A stretch of DNA of 64,000 nt, taken from the NCBI GenBank assembly GCA_026936335.1, contig JAPMXV010000020.1:1-64000 (forward strand). Reading direction: 5' to 3'. Position numbers and translations under genes: made by a program. Origin of the DNA: Mantamonas sphyraenae STR306. Its lineage: Eukaryota; Protista; CRuMs. The notes beneath the pieces are model-generated. The model made no database searches and had not been told where the DNA came from. It worked only from the letters and a program-made list of their open reading frames with translations. Below, piece by piece: positions 40,812 to 51,773 of this stretch. How positions within the stretch are numbered: position 1 is the stretch's first letter; every line of letters starts with the position of its first letter.

Positions 40812-43800
40812 ATGACCTCCTCCATGGCCGATCGCATCACAGATGCACAGTACAAGGAGTTCCACACGGTGGAGTTTGACATGTGGAAGTACTCGGAACC
40901 AGAGCTGCAGGCGTTTCTCTATCGCATGTTCATGTCCGAGTTTGGCATGGCAGAGGAATTGAACCTGGACGGCGCCTGTATGGAACGCTTCATCGAAGCG
41001 GTGAGCAGTTCGTACAACGACGTGCCCTTCCACAACCTCTACCACGCCACCACCGTCACCAACATGTTCTTCATCCTCCTCAGCGACCCTGCCTTTGAGT
41101 TCATCACCACCCTGCAGCGTTTTGCCCTTCTGCTCGCTGCGGTTTGCCACGATCTCAACCACCCAGGCCTCAGCAATCCGTATCACATCAACGCAAAGAG
41201 TGCCCTCGTACGTGTATCCCCTTTGTCCACCCACTTCCCACCTCTCCCATGCCCGTCCCACCCGTGCCCGACCCCTACATTGAACAGAACACGGCTAGTT
41301 TTGCGCCATGCCCGACGAAAGAGGAGTTTTGCCTCCGTCTCCGGACACCTTTGAACGCCTTGTCGTCGACCACACGGCGCGTACCCACTCCTACCACACC
41401 CACTCTGCACCGCACACACACGTGTCGCTGGCATGGGGCCGGTCTGGCACGCGTTTACGTGCGGATGAAGCCCCTGGACGACGGCAGAGTGGCTGCGAGA
41501 GGGACCGCATTTTTGGATGCTCCCTTTTTGGGTCTCGTCGCAAGCCAAACTGACCCAGGAACCAACGGGGGTGTTTTGCACGCCACACACACACACAGGC
41601 ACTGGTGTACAATGACAACTCTCCGCTGGAGAACCATCATTGTGCCATTACGTTCACGCTGCTGGGTCAGGAGGAAACCAACGTCACTAGCACGCTGACG
41701 CCGGAGCAATTCACGCAACTGCGCAGCATCGTAGTTTACATCATCCTGCAAAGGTAGCGTTTTTTGTTGGAGGGGGCTGCCCACACGATGTCATGGGATA
41801 CTCACACATGCACACACATGCATACACACACACACACACAGTGACATGAAGCACCACGACACCATCATGGGAAAGATGGAAGCGTTTGTGGACAGCTTCG
41901 AGGGCAACGATGTGCAACTGCCCACCATGGAGGACGAAGAGAAGCAATTCCTCCTCCTGTCGGCCTTTCTTTTCAAGTGTGCCGATGTGTCCAACGAAAC
42001 AAGGTGCGTGTGAGGAAGGGGCTGTCTCAGCGACGCTAGCAGGGGGGGCTTGTGTGTGTGTGTGAGAAAACGGACCCTCCATTGGCTGACACTGGTTTTT
42101 CTATCTGGCCCTGTGGCGTTGCGGACGTGTGCATTTGTCACCCGTCGTCTTTATGTGGCGGTGGTGGTGGTGTGTATTGTGTGTGCACGGGTGTCGTTGG
42201 ATGCATTCCCACTTGCAGGCCGTGGACGACGTGCCGGTTGTGGGCCGAGTCGTTGTTTCGGGAGTACGATGTGCAGAACCGTTTGGAGAACGAAAACGGC
42301 CTCCCGGTGACGCCGTACATGGACAGGGCCCACGTGGTGGTGCCAGACTCGCAGCTGTGGTTTGCCCAAACCATTCTGACGCCCATGTACAAATTGCTTG
42401 CCCGCATTGTGCCTTCGCTGGGCTGGCTGGTGGAGAACGTGGAAACCAACACGGCCCACTGGGAGCAGCAGATCAACAGCAACAACAGCAGCAGCAAGGG
42501 CGCACAGGCGGGGCAGAAGGACGATGAAGAGGAATCGGAGGAGGACAAGCTCATTGACGCCAAATTGGACCAAGTGTACGAACATCTGCGCACACGCAGG
42601 GCCAACAGCGACTTCCAACTGGTGGTGGGGTCCACCAACGCCCTGGGATTCGACACCAGCATTGAACACGCACAAGAGCATGGCATCACCCTGCAGATTC
42701 CAAGCACAAACACAGACACAGAGGCCGTCACCAAGAATGTGCCCCCTGGTAGTCCCGTCTTTCGTCTCTTTGAACCCGTGCCCGAACTCTCCGCCTCCAG
42801 CCGTGCCACCCTCACCTTTGACAAGACTCAGGTGGGCAGCAACAGCAGCAGCGGCAACAGCAACAGCAGCAGCAGCGCCAGTGGTTTGACACGATCCCTG
42901 TCTGCCGAGGCAGGAGGGGGTAGTGAGGATGGAGGTGACGGAGGCGACGGAGGCGATGGTGGCAGCAAGAACAGCAACGGCACAGGCAGCAGTCTGTCGT
43001 TGGACATGAGCGTGATGACCTCTGCGGCGGACAACAGGGGCGAGGAGATTGTGTTGGAGGAGCACGACGAGACGTTGCACACGCCACGCACGGCCATCAA
43101 GCGTCTGACATACAAGATTGGAGGCTGTGTGTTGGAGATGCAACACCAGACGTTTGTGCGCAAGGTGGGCGAGATGTTCACCGACGACGAGGGCAAACCC
43201 TACCAGTTTTCCGAGGAGGAGCTGGCCTCCCTGAAGACCATTGAGTTCAACATGTGGAACTACAGCGAGAAGCAGCTGTTGACACTGTTGGAGCACATGT
43301 TCTACGACATGGGCTTTGTGGACACCTTTCACATCCCACGCGAAACCCTGCGCGCCTTCCTCACCACCATCTACGCCACGTACAACCGCACGGCGTTCCA
43401 CAACATTGTGCACGCCTTTACGGTCACCCAAGCCATGTACACCTTCCTCAACACGCCCCAGGTGGCCAAGGCCCTGGACAGCAAGCTCATCGAAATGGCC
43501 CTCCTCGTCTCGGCCATCTGTCACGACGTCCATCACCCGGGTCTCTCCAATGGCTTCCAGAACAATGCGGCCACCAGTTTGGCGGTGGTCTACAACGACC
43601 AGAGTCCCCTGGAGAACCATCATGCAAGCGTGGCCTTTTCCATCCTCAACCACCGCGAAACAAACATCTTCCGCAACCTGAGTGCCAAGGATTGGCGCAC
43701 GGTGCGTGAGACCATGCTGCGATGCATCTTGGCCACAGATATGGCCAAACACTTTCCGTATGTGGCCGACCTCCGCGTGTCTCTCACCGAGGGTGAGGCC

Positions 43801-44256
43801 GCCCAGCGCGAGCAGTCTCCCAACGGCGAAGTGGACCCCCTGTGGTGGACCTCGGACCCTGAGCTGTACCGTCTGTCCACAGTCATGCTCATGAAGTGCT
43901 CCGATATCTCCAACGAGGCGCGGCCCTTTGACGAAGTGAGCAAGAAGTGGGCAAACTCCCTCCTCGAGGAGTGGTTCGGCCAGAGCGACATGGAAAAGGC
44001 CCAGGGCTTGCCTGTCACCGAGATGATGGATCCGGAAAAGGTCGATCTGATCAACACCCAGGTCGGCTTCATCCAGTACGTCCTCCTCCCGTGCTTCAAT
44101 GTTTTTGTCCAGCTCTTCCCCGACCTGCAGTACATTGTCGACGCCATCTCGGAGAACAAGGAGAAGTGGAGCAACTACGAGGGCAACGCACGCCCTTGGG
44201 ATGAAAAGAGTGACAAAGGGGACACCGGCGACGCCGATGTGTCTGTGGAAGAGTGA
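40812..44256 (+). CDS. Class I cyclic-nucleotide phosphodiesterase with two catalytic domains, 916 aa; join(40812..41207,41599..41753,41842..42003,42219..44256)
   Basis: Domain 1: FHNLYHA, CHDLNHPG, LENHH, SDMKHH, KCADVSNETRP, PDSQLWF. Domain 2: FHNIVHA, CHDVHHPG, LENHH, ATDMAKH, KCSDISNEARP, NTQVGF. Splice junctions restore the motifs. Confidence 0.92.
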
Positions 44257-44302
44257 ATGAATCGATGATCATGAACACGCGATAAATACATCCACGACAC
44301 TC

Positions 44303-47300
44303 TCACTGCTCCGATCCACTCGCGTCCATGCTGATCACGCTGATGGATGACAATTGGCCTCTGAGCATGGCCAATTCAGCCTGCATCTGCTCCACCTCGG
44401 CTTGGATCAGCCGTTCTTGCTCCTGTTGCTCCCACATGCGGTCGCGCTGGTCCAGGTTCTCCATGCGGATGGCTTCAATGTCAGTTGCATCGTCTTGTGT
44501 TTTGTCCTGGTTCTCCAGCAACGAGTCGGCCCGCGAGCGACCTCGCAGACGCGCCCCCACAGAAGAAACTGCTGCCGACATTCGTGTGATGGGTTCAGGC
44601 ACTCCTTGGCCCTCGTCCAGGTCATCCCACTCGTCGTCGTCGTCGGGCATGGCCTCCGGAGGCGGCGGTGCAAACATGCTTTCTGTAAACGCGCGCAGTC
44701 TGCCCATCACCGTGCCCGAACGCTGTCGACCCGTGTCTCCAATGCCATCCTGTTGCACGTCAGTGTCTTGCACGGCACCCACGCCGGATCCGTGTGGTTT
44801 CTGTTGCTGATGCTGCTGTTTGAGCGCCTGCACACGAAGTTCCTGAGCACGCGTTTCACGCCTTCGCCGCCTGTCACGCTCACGCGCTGCTTTCGGATTG
44901 CGGTACGGGTTCTCCTCGCGTGGAGCCAGCAGAGAAGCACTCTCTGAAGGGTCGGCTGCATTGGCCTCCCTTTGCGAGGGCTGGCCGCTGTCCATGGGGT
45001 GTTCGCGGAAAAAGTTGGTCAGGCCGCGCAGGCGTGTGACCGCACCCCCTGCCATGACACTGTTGGTACGTGAACGGCGGTCATTGGCCAGCCGTTCACC
45101 TTGCTGGCGGTACTGTAGGGCGGAGGAGTCGGCGCCGTGTTGCGCTTGCAAGCGAGTTTGCAGACGATCCGCAACCACGTCCAGTTGGTACGTGTGTGTG
45201 TCCACAATGTCCACCATCTTGAGAGCCTTTGCGTTGGCCGTGTCCAGCACGGTCTGCCAGCTGTACTCTTCCTTCTCTTCCTTGCGCCGCTGGTACACAA
45301 AGGCAAAGCCGCCGCAACAACACAACGCAAGGGGAAACAAAGGGATCACAATCACCCACGGTTGATCCTCCTCCTCAGGCTGCGGCTCCTTGCGTCGCGT
45401 AAACGTGTCGCCCTGCACGCATTCGGTGTTTCCCCCAACACCACCACCTCCTGACGACGAGGAGGAGGAAGAGGTGTTGTCACTGCGTCGTGGTGTGCCA
45501 AACTCGCACAGCTTGCACTGTGCCAACCCAGATGTGTCTGCGTACGCCTGTGCCCCGTCGCAGGGCAGGCACGTTGCACTTCCGCTCACGTTCTGAAACG
45601 TGCCCACTGTGCAATTGCTGCACACCCTGCCTGTGCCATTGGCATATGTGCCCGGTGCACACGGCGTGCACTGAGTGGCTCCCAGACGTCCCTGGGTGGA
45701 GTTGCCCACGCCGCACGGGAAGCAAGACACACTCGCATTGCCCGGTTGATAGTGGCCCAGGGCACACAGGCTGCAATTGGCGCTGCCATTCGAAGCGGCA
45801 TACGAGCCAGGCAGACACGCCACACACACTTGCATCCCCTCCTGTGGAGCATGCTTCCCTGCAACGCACGCCTCGCATCCTGTCGCCGATCCATTGCGAG
45901 GTTGCACATGACCACGCGCACACAGTGTGCACGACGATTGGCCACCCTGTGTGGCATAAGACCCAGGGGCGCACGGGGTGCATGCGTCGCTGCCCCATGC
46001 GTCCGCAAATGTGCCTGGTGCGCACGGAAGGCAAGCCGAGCTCTGGCCACTCTGCGACTGATATGTGCCTGGTGCACACACGTGACACTGGTTCTGACCC
46101 GTGGTGTTGCTAAACGAGCCGGTGGGGCATGCATCGCATGTAGTACGTCCCTGCGACGATTGGAATGTACCCGTGGGACAGGCGTCACATGTGGATTGGC
46201 CGCTGACGTTGTTGAAGCTGCCCGGGGCACACGGCGGACATGTTCCCTGGCCCGGTTGGTCCGAGTAGCTGCCCGGTTGGCACAGAAAGCATCGTGTCAG
46301 TCCGGTGGCGTTGTTGAACTGGCCACGCGGACATTCGGGGCACGTGACCAACGATGCATTGTTGCTGAACGTGCCCACCGCACACGGCTGGCACGCGCGC
46401 ACGTCATACTGTCCCAGCGGACACCCGATGATACGCAATGTGAGGCCGACGGTGTCGCCATACAGCTCCTGGACGGCCCGTGGATCGAGACCCGCGTACG
46501 CAATGGCAAACCGCTTGGTTTGGATGGCCCAGGTCATGATGTCAAACTCGTCCCCGACCACGGGCACAAATGGCTCCATGCGCAACACAGACAGAGTGGC
46601 GTTTGTTTCCACGTTGGACGGCAACGGGGGTTGGATGGCCACCACGTCGTAGCTGCTGCCTGCCACTCGCCCACCGATCTGAATGCGCACATTGCCAGCT
46701 CGAAGCTGTTCGTACGACTGGATGACCATGCGTCCGTACGACGCCGTAGCTGGATTTGTGGCCACGGAGGCAGGCTGACAGACGCCCGGGCTCACCACGC
46801 CGCCGCGGTTGTCCACGTTGCCATCCACCTTGGCACCGTTTGCGTCTGTGCCACTCAGCATGCCTGCGTGCAGTCTCGTGTGCACAAACACCACCAGTGT
46901 GCCTCCGTTGAGACAGGTCAGCGCAGACGAGCCGTACTGGTCGAAGCGGTCGAAGCGCAGTTTGCCCGAATCCACACGCACCGCGCCGCTGTTGCGCGTG
47001 TCCACCACAATTTCCGCTGTGTCGGTGCCTGCAACTGCGCCCACAATGGTGCCCGATGGCTCGTTGTACATCGCACACCCGCTGCTGTCCGGGCAGGAAA
47101 TGCCCGCGCCGGCCGCAGTTGCAGTCAGGATTCCCTGGTTTCGCAACGAAGCCTGCGTGCGCAGCTGCAGGTTTGATCCTGTCCATGTCAAGGTGCCTGC
47201 ATTGACCAGCTGCACGGTGGACACCTGCTTGGTGCCTCCCGTGCCCACAGACACTGTGGTGGCGCCCTGAAGGACCACGCGGCCGTCGCTGCCTCCGTCT

Positions 47301-49789
47301 ACACTTCCGCCCAGCCATGACAGACTGCTCGACACAAACAGAGAGGCACCCAACTCTGCATGCATCGAAGCACTGTCACGCACAGTGGCACTGGCCACAG
47401 CCACCGTGCAGGAGCTGTTGGCCACGCATCGCAAGGCACCGCTGGCCTGCACGTCGACAGCTCCATTGCCTGTCAGCGTGGCGCCTGCGTACATGTTCAA
47501 GGGACGCTGAAGTTGCAGTTGCATGAGTGGGGCGACGGTGACACTGCCCATGGCGTCGACACGGGGGACCCCTGCGTCGAGGCGCACCACGCCACGTGTA
47601 ATGTCCAGTGTACCGTAGAGACGCACGGCACATGCCACACGCCACGACGCCGCATTGCCTGCGTTCTGTTGCACCTGCACGGTGGCGCCACTCTCCACCA
47701 CCAGTGTACCTGTGCCAGCAAACTGGGTTTGACTGCGTACGAGCATGCTGCTGGAGGGCAGCAGCACAAGGTGAGCACCTGCGTTGAGCATCACCACTTG
47801 GATGTTGTCCACACCGTCGACATCCATGCCTGGCGACGTGCCTGCAGCCACACGCACGGTGCCAGCCACCGTGGCCTGCGATTCCGTCACACGAACCCCT
47901 CCGGCGAGGGTCACGTTGTACACGCCTCCCAGAGTGCCTCGTGTCCATCGCACGGCACGCACAAAGTCCATGTCTGCCTCTTGTGCGGTGACGGTGCACC
48001 TGTCGAGCAGCGTGACCACGTCGATGCGCACTGTTTCCGTTGGCCCCGCATTGGCCGCACGCATCCCTCGCATCGTGCACTGGTCACACAGCAGCAACTC
48101 GGTGGCATCTGTGCCTGTGGCCTGTGTCACGCTGCCTGTGTACACGTCCACATTCTTCACGCTGAGCCTCCCTTGAGGCGCAATGTCCATGCGACCCTGC
48201 TGCGACACCAGCGCCTCTGTCTGCACCGTGCCACGGGTGATGCTCGCCTGTCCCGCCTCTTGATTGTACCAGGGTGTGTTGAACACAAGCAGGGTAGCGA
48301 CGGCGGCCAGCGAAACGGATGTGGTGCCGTTTGTGCGCACGCTACTGGCTGCATCCAAGGCCAGCAGGGTGCCCGGTGCATTCAGGTGAAGATTGGCGCC
48401 TGGCGTTGTGTCGATGTGAGCGCCTGCGTCCAGGTGCAATGTGACTGTGTTTGTACTCCACAGCAAAGTGGCCCCAGGTTGTGCTGCACGCAGCGTGCAT
48501 CCTGCCAGCACCTTTGTTTGGCCCACTGCATTGCCACGGAGGTGCATTGTGGCGCCGTTCAACACGTCCACGCTGCACGCGCTGCTGTTTCCTCCGTTGT
48601 TCGCCACCGAAGCGTCGAGACGCAACCCTTCCCAATCCAGGGTCCCTGTGACCTGCACAGTGCCCTGCACACCCAAGGGCGACAAGCGATCCACGTGGAC
48701 ATTGTGTAGACGCGAACCCTGACCCACGTACGTGTACTCCTGGCTGCGAAGAGAGACAAGGCCGTCACCCAACAGTTGTGTACCGGGACGCAGCATGAGA
48801 AGGCCCAGCTGTTGGATGAACGAATGACCCGAGGTTGTAACGAGTGTGCCAGCCACATCGGACACTTGTGCGGTGTTTTCCACACTGCCACGCGTCAGTG
48901 TGAAGGACGCCTGCGGGGATTGCACAAACGATGGCACCCCAAGCCTCAAGACGGCGGTGTCGTTGGCTTGGTTGTCCACCACCACGCTGCCATTGTTGGA
49001 CCACACACAGGGGCTGCATCCAAGCGAGGCAATAAGGGACGCCGTCTGGCCCAGAGCCACCTCGACGCGTCCCGTGTTCACCCACTCCACGGCTGCGTCC
49101 ATCTGAACGTCTCCAGACGTCCATGTCGTGCGTCCGTGTGTGGCCACACGCACGTGTTTGAGCTGTGCAATAATCGAGGCCAGGCCCGTGAGGCTCAATT
49201 GCCCTGTGGGGGCCACCGTCACGGTGTGTGGCAGGGAGGGTTCGGCAAAGCTGGATCTCAATATCCCCGACGACACCTCCAATGTGCCGTTGACGTACAG
49301 ACACGACGCAGATGGTGTGTATGCATCCGCACTCACGCTGTGTGTACTTGCGGCACACACAAACTCGGCCACAGGTTGGGCCGGAAGTGAGCGAAGACGA
49401 AGCGAGGCTCCCGGATGGACGGTGGAACCCAGCAAGTTGACCAGCAGTGTGTGTTGCACCTGCAACACGGGCGCAGACGTGCCCAGAGTCTGTGTCTCGA
49501 CGTTGCTGCGACCCAGAGTCAGGTTTCCAATGGAGGTCGGCCCTGTGTCAAGGGTAATCACACACCCGCCGGCACAAGCGGACGGGGCAATCACCACGGT
49601 GTCGTTGAAGCCTGGCACGCTGTTGTCTTGCCAATTGCTGGCTGTGGACCAGCTCCCGCCTGCGCTGGCAGTCCAATGTACCACTCGTGCGGTGGCAACG
49701 GAGGACGGCAGAACGAGGCTCAACCAAACACAGCTAACCAGCAGCGTGAGATGCACCTGGTGCCGTGTCAAGCGCGCAAAAGGTGTCAT
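44303..49789 (-). CDS. Type I surface protein: beta-helix/autotransporter-passenger-like region + GCC2/GCC3 (ephrin-receptor-like) Cys repeats + TM + cytoplasmic tail, ~1828 aa
   Basis: Signal peptide; WTASAGGSWSTASNW; Gly/Thr/Val-rich repeats; over a dozen CxxCxxG-type repeats; TM VIVIPLFPLALCCCGGFAFVY. Confidence 0.85.
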   Translation of the reverse strand: MTPFARLTRHQVHLTLLVSCVWLSLVLPSSVATARVVHWTASAGGSWSTASNWQDNSVPGFNDTVVIAPSACAGGCVITLDTGPTSIGNLTLGRSNVETQTLGTSAPVLQVQHTLLVNLLGSTVHPGASLRLRSLPAQPVAEFVCAASTHSVSADAYTPSASCLYVNGTLEVSSGILRSSFAEPSLPHTVTVAPTGQLSLTGLASIIAQLKHVRVATHGRTTWTSGDVQMDAAVEWVNTGRVEVALGQTASLIASLGCSPCVWSNNGSVVVDNQANDTAVLRLGVPSFVQSPQASFTLTRGSVENTAQVSDVAGTLVTTSGHSFIQQLGLLMLRPGTQLLGDGLVSLRSQEYTYVGQGSRLHNVHVDRLSPLGVQGTVQVTGTLDWEGLRLDASVANNGGNSSACSVDVLNGATMHLRGNAVGQTKVLAGCTLRAAQPGATLLWSTNTVTLHLDAGAHIDTTPGANLHLNAPGTLLALDAASSVRTNGTTSVSLAAVATLLVFNTPWYNQEAGQASITRGTVQTEALVSQQGRMDIAPQGRLSVKNVDVYTGSVTQATGTDATELLLCDQCTMRGMRAANAGPTETVRIDVVTLLDRCTVTAQEADMDFVRAVRWTRGTLGGVYNVTLAGGVRVTESQATVAGTVRVAAGTSPGMDVDGVDNIQVVMLNAGAHLVLLPSSSMLVRSQTQFAGTGTLVVESGATVQVQQNAGNAASWRVACAVRLYGTLDITRGVVRLDAGVPRVDAMGSVTVAPLMQLQLQRPLNMYAGATLTGNGAVDVQASGALRCVANSSCTVAVASATVRDSASMHAELGASLFVSSSLSWLGGSVDGGSDGRVVLQGATTVSVGTGGTKQVSTVQLVNAGTLTWTGSNLQLRTQASLRNQGILTATAAGAGISCPDSSGCAMYNEPSGTIVGAVAGTDTAEIVVDTRNSGAVRVDSGKLRFDRFDQYGSSALTCLNGGTLVVFVHTRLHAGMLSGTDANGAKVDGNVDNRGGVVSPGVCQPASVATNPATASYGRMVIQSYEQLRAGNVRIQIGGRVAGSSYDVVAIQPPLPSNVETNATLSVLRMEPFVPVVGDEFDIMTWAIQTKRFAIAYAGLDPRAVQELYGDTVGLTLRIIGCPLGQYDVRACQPCAVGTFSNNASLVTCPECPRGQFNNATGLTRCFLCQPGSYSDQPGQGTCPPCAPGSFNNVSGQSTCDACPTGTFQSSQGRTTCDACPTGSFSNTTGQNQCHVCAPGTYQSQSGQSSACLPCAPGTFADAWGSDACTPCAPGSYATQGGQSSCTLCARGHVQPRNGSATGCEACVAGKHAPQEGMQVCVACLPGSYAASNGSANCSLCALGHYQPGNASVSCFPCGVGNSTQGRLGATQCTPCAPGTYANGTGRVCSNCTVGTFQNVSGSATCLPCDGAQAYADTSGLAQCKLCEFGTPRRSDNTSSSSSSSGGGGVGGNTECVQGDTFTRRKEPQPEEEDQPWVIVIPLFPLALCCCGGFAFVYQRRKEEKEEYSWQTVLDTANAKALKMVDIVDTHTYQLDVVADRLQTRLQAQHGADSSALQYRQQGERLANDRRSRTNSVMAGGAVTRLRGLTNFFREHPMDSGQPSQREANAADPSESASLLAPREENPYRNPKAARERDRRRRRETRAQELRVQALKQQHQQQKPHGSGVGAVQDTDVQQDGIGDTGRQRSGTVMGRLRAFTESMFAPPPPEAMPDDDDEWDDLDEGQGVPEPITRMSAAVSSVGARLRGRSRADSLLENQDKTQDDATDIEAIRMENLDQRDRMWEQQEQERLIQAEVEQMQAELAMLRGQLSSISVISMDASGSEQ

Positions 49790-49890
49790 GGTGACCAGGG
49801 CTGTGTTTGGGTGGATGAGATGTGCCGGGGAAGAGAGGAGTGGGAGAAGGAAATTGATTGGCACAGCCAGGGATCTGATGGAGGCACAAC

Positions 49891-51546
49891 TCAGCATTTG
49901 CCGCAAACCGGTTCACCTGATGCGGTCACGGCAAATCGGCCGTCTGCAAACGGAGAGGCACATTTGGCACACACGAAACACTCTGGATGCCACTTCTTGT
50001 CTAGGGCCTTGACACGCTTGGGACCAAGCTGGTTGTTGCAGCGTGCACAGAGCTGTCCGTCGTCTGTGCGTCGTTTGGCCTGTTCGATGGCGTGACACGG
50101 TTCGCAGTACGGCATGTTGTCCAGCACGAGAAAGGTGTCACCGGGAAACGGGGAGCGACACAGGGTGCACACGAAACACTCCTCATGCCAGCGCTTGCCC
50201 ATGGCCTTGAGTCTGTCTGCACCCAAGGGTTGGCCACAGCCCGCACACGGTTCACCCTTCTTGGAGGCACACGTGACACACAAGGCCTTGGTGGCACCCA
50301 CTACGCCACACTCCTTGCATACGCACTGCTCGCAGTACACTAGGTCACCCACGCGTGCGTAGTTGTCTGCCTGCACGGAACCCTGGCAATGCGCACATTG
50401 GATGCACTGCAGATGGTTGTACGACGTGCCATTGCTCAATACCAACACATCGTCCTCTTCAGCAATGATCTCTCGCTGGCACACACCACACAAGCAGTGC
50501 ACGTGGTACAAACGCACTCGCTTGCGGTTGACGTACGGAATGACCTCGCCCACGCTGTCAAAGCTCTCTTCACACGAGTGGCATGACAAGCATGCGACGT
50601 GGTGCAGCTCATCCTTGTGCTCCATCACTTTGTTGGCCTTTTCCAGCTCGCTCATAGGCCGATACACGTCGTGGTTGTCCTTGTCACCATCTCCATCCCC
50701 AGTGCTGCTTCCATGGTTGCTACTGCTGCTTCCACCACCACCACCACCTGATTTATCCTCGTCCCTGGCCTGTGCCTGTGCCTGGGGCCACGCCGACAAC
50801 GGCAGCTCGCACGTGGCACACTCGCAACGGCCCTTGTGCACCGGTCCGTCGCCATCCTCACTGCCCAATGTCGCACCACAGTACGCGCACATGCGAGGTG
50901 GAGCCCTTTCCTCCTCCTCCTCCTCTTGCGCTTGTTCCCGATTTGGAGGCTGAGCGACACAGCGGAGACACAGCAGCCCTCCGTCGTCCTCCCTCCATTC
51001 ATACGGCTCACTGACACCCAACACACGGCCACATTCCACACAGGGTTTGCAAGCAAAGTGGTACTGTGCACTCATGGTCTCTAGGTACGCCTCGTCACGC
51101 TGGATGGGTTGCGAACACTCGCTGCAGCGTACTGCCTGCAACAGTGGCAGCAACGGCCCCGTGTACGTTGCAAGCGCACGTGCATAGCGTCCCATGTAGT
51201 ACAAACAGATGATCACTTGCCGGATGTTCTTCTCGTTGAAGAGATCTTCGCTCTCGAAATTTTCCGTGTCAGGAATGCCCCACTTTCGGGCGGCGGCGGC
51301 CACAAAGGCCAGATTTTCCATCTGCAGGAACGGGATGCTGCTTTGGTGGATCTTGTCGATGGTGTCCCTTTCAATGCGGTTGACCAGCTCGCACAGGGCC
51401 ACGCCGTCGCGCAACGAAGGTGCAAAGCCCTGCGTCAGTTTCCGCTTCGTGACGGCTTCAATCCATGCCGTCGCCTCCCGCTTGGCCAGCTCCAGGTCAA
51501 ACGCAGACTCTGCTGTCCACACCGCCTGCTCCTGTGACGACGACAT
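49891..51546 (-). CDS. Calponin-homology plus multiple LIM domain cytoskeletal protein, 551 aa
   Basis: WIEAVT...LRDGVALCELVN...MENL...DLFNEKNIRQVIICL (CH); LIM motifs such as CAGCGQPL...WHEECFVCTLC and CARCNNQL...WHPECFVCAKC. Confidence 0.92.
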   Translation of the reverse strand: MSSSQEQAVWTAESAFDLELAKREATAWIEAVTKRKLTQGFAPSLRDGVALCELVNRIERDTIDKIHQSSIPFLQMENLAFVAAAARKWGIPDTENFESEDLFNEKNIRQVIICLYYMGRYARALATYTGPLLPLLQAVRCSECSQPIQRDEAYLETMSAQYHFACKPCVECGRVLGVSEPYEWREDDGGLLCLRCVAQPPNREQAQEEEEEERAPPRMCAYCGATLGSEDGDGPVHKGRCECATCELPLSAWPQAQAQARDEDKSGGGGGGSSSSNHGSSTGDGDGDKDNHDVYRPMSELEKANKVMEHKDELHHVACLSCHSCEESFDSVGEVIPYVNRKRVRLYHVHCLCGVCQREIIAEEDDVLVLSNGTSYNHLQCIQCAHCQGSVQADNYARVGDLVYCEQCVCKECGVVGATKALCVTCASKKGEPCAGCGQPLGADRLKAMGKRWHEECFVCTLCRSPFPGDTFLVLDNMPYCEPCHAIEQAKRRTDDGQLCARCNNQLGPKRVKALDKKWHPECFVCAKCASPFADGRFAVTASGEPVCGKC

Positions 51547-51773
51547 GTGAAGAGGGTGCGTATTTGTGTTTGATTTGGTTGGCGAGAGCGTTTGACATGT
51601 TGTGAGCGCACACATGCACACTTGATGTTCCGGCTGGATGAAGACGTGTGCACAACCGGGTGGCTGGTGCCGCTGGTGTCGAAGGAGACTGGGAGCAGAG
51701 GGAAAAAGAAACGCAACAAAAACGAGGTTTGCGCAGGGCCAACAAGGTTTTTTGCGCAGTGCGGCAGGTCGAG

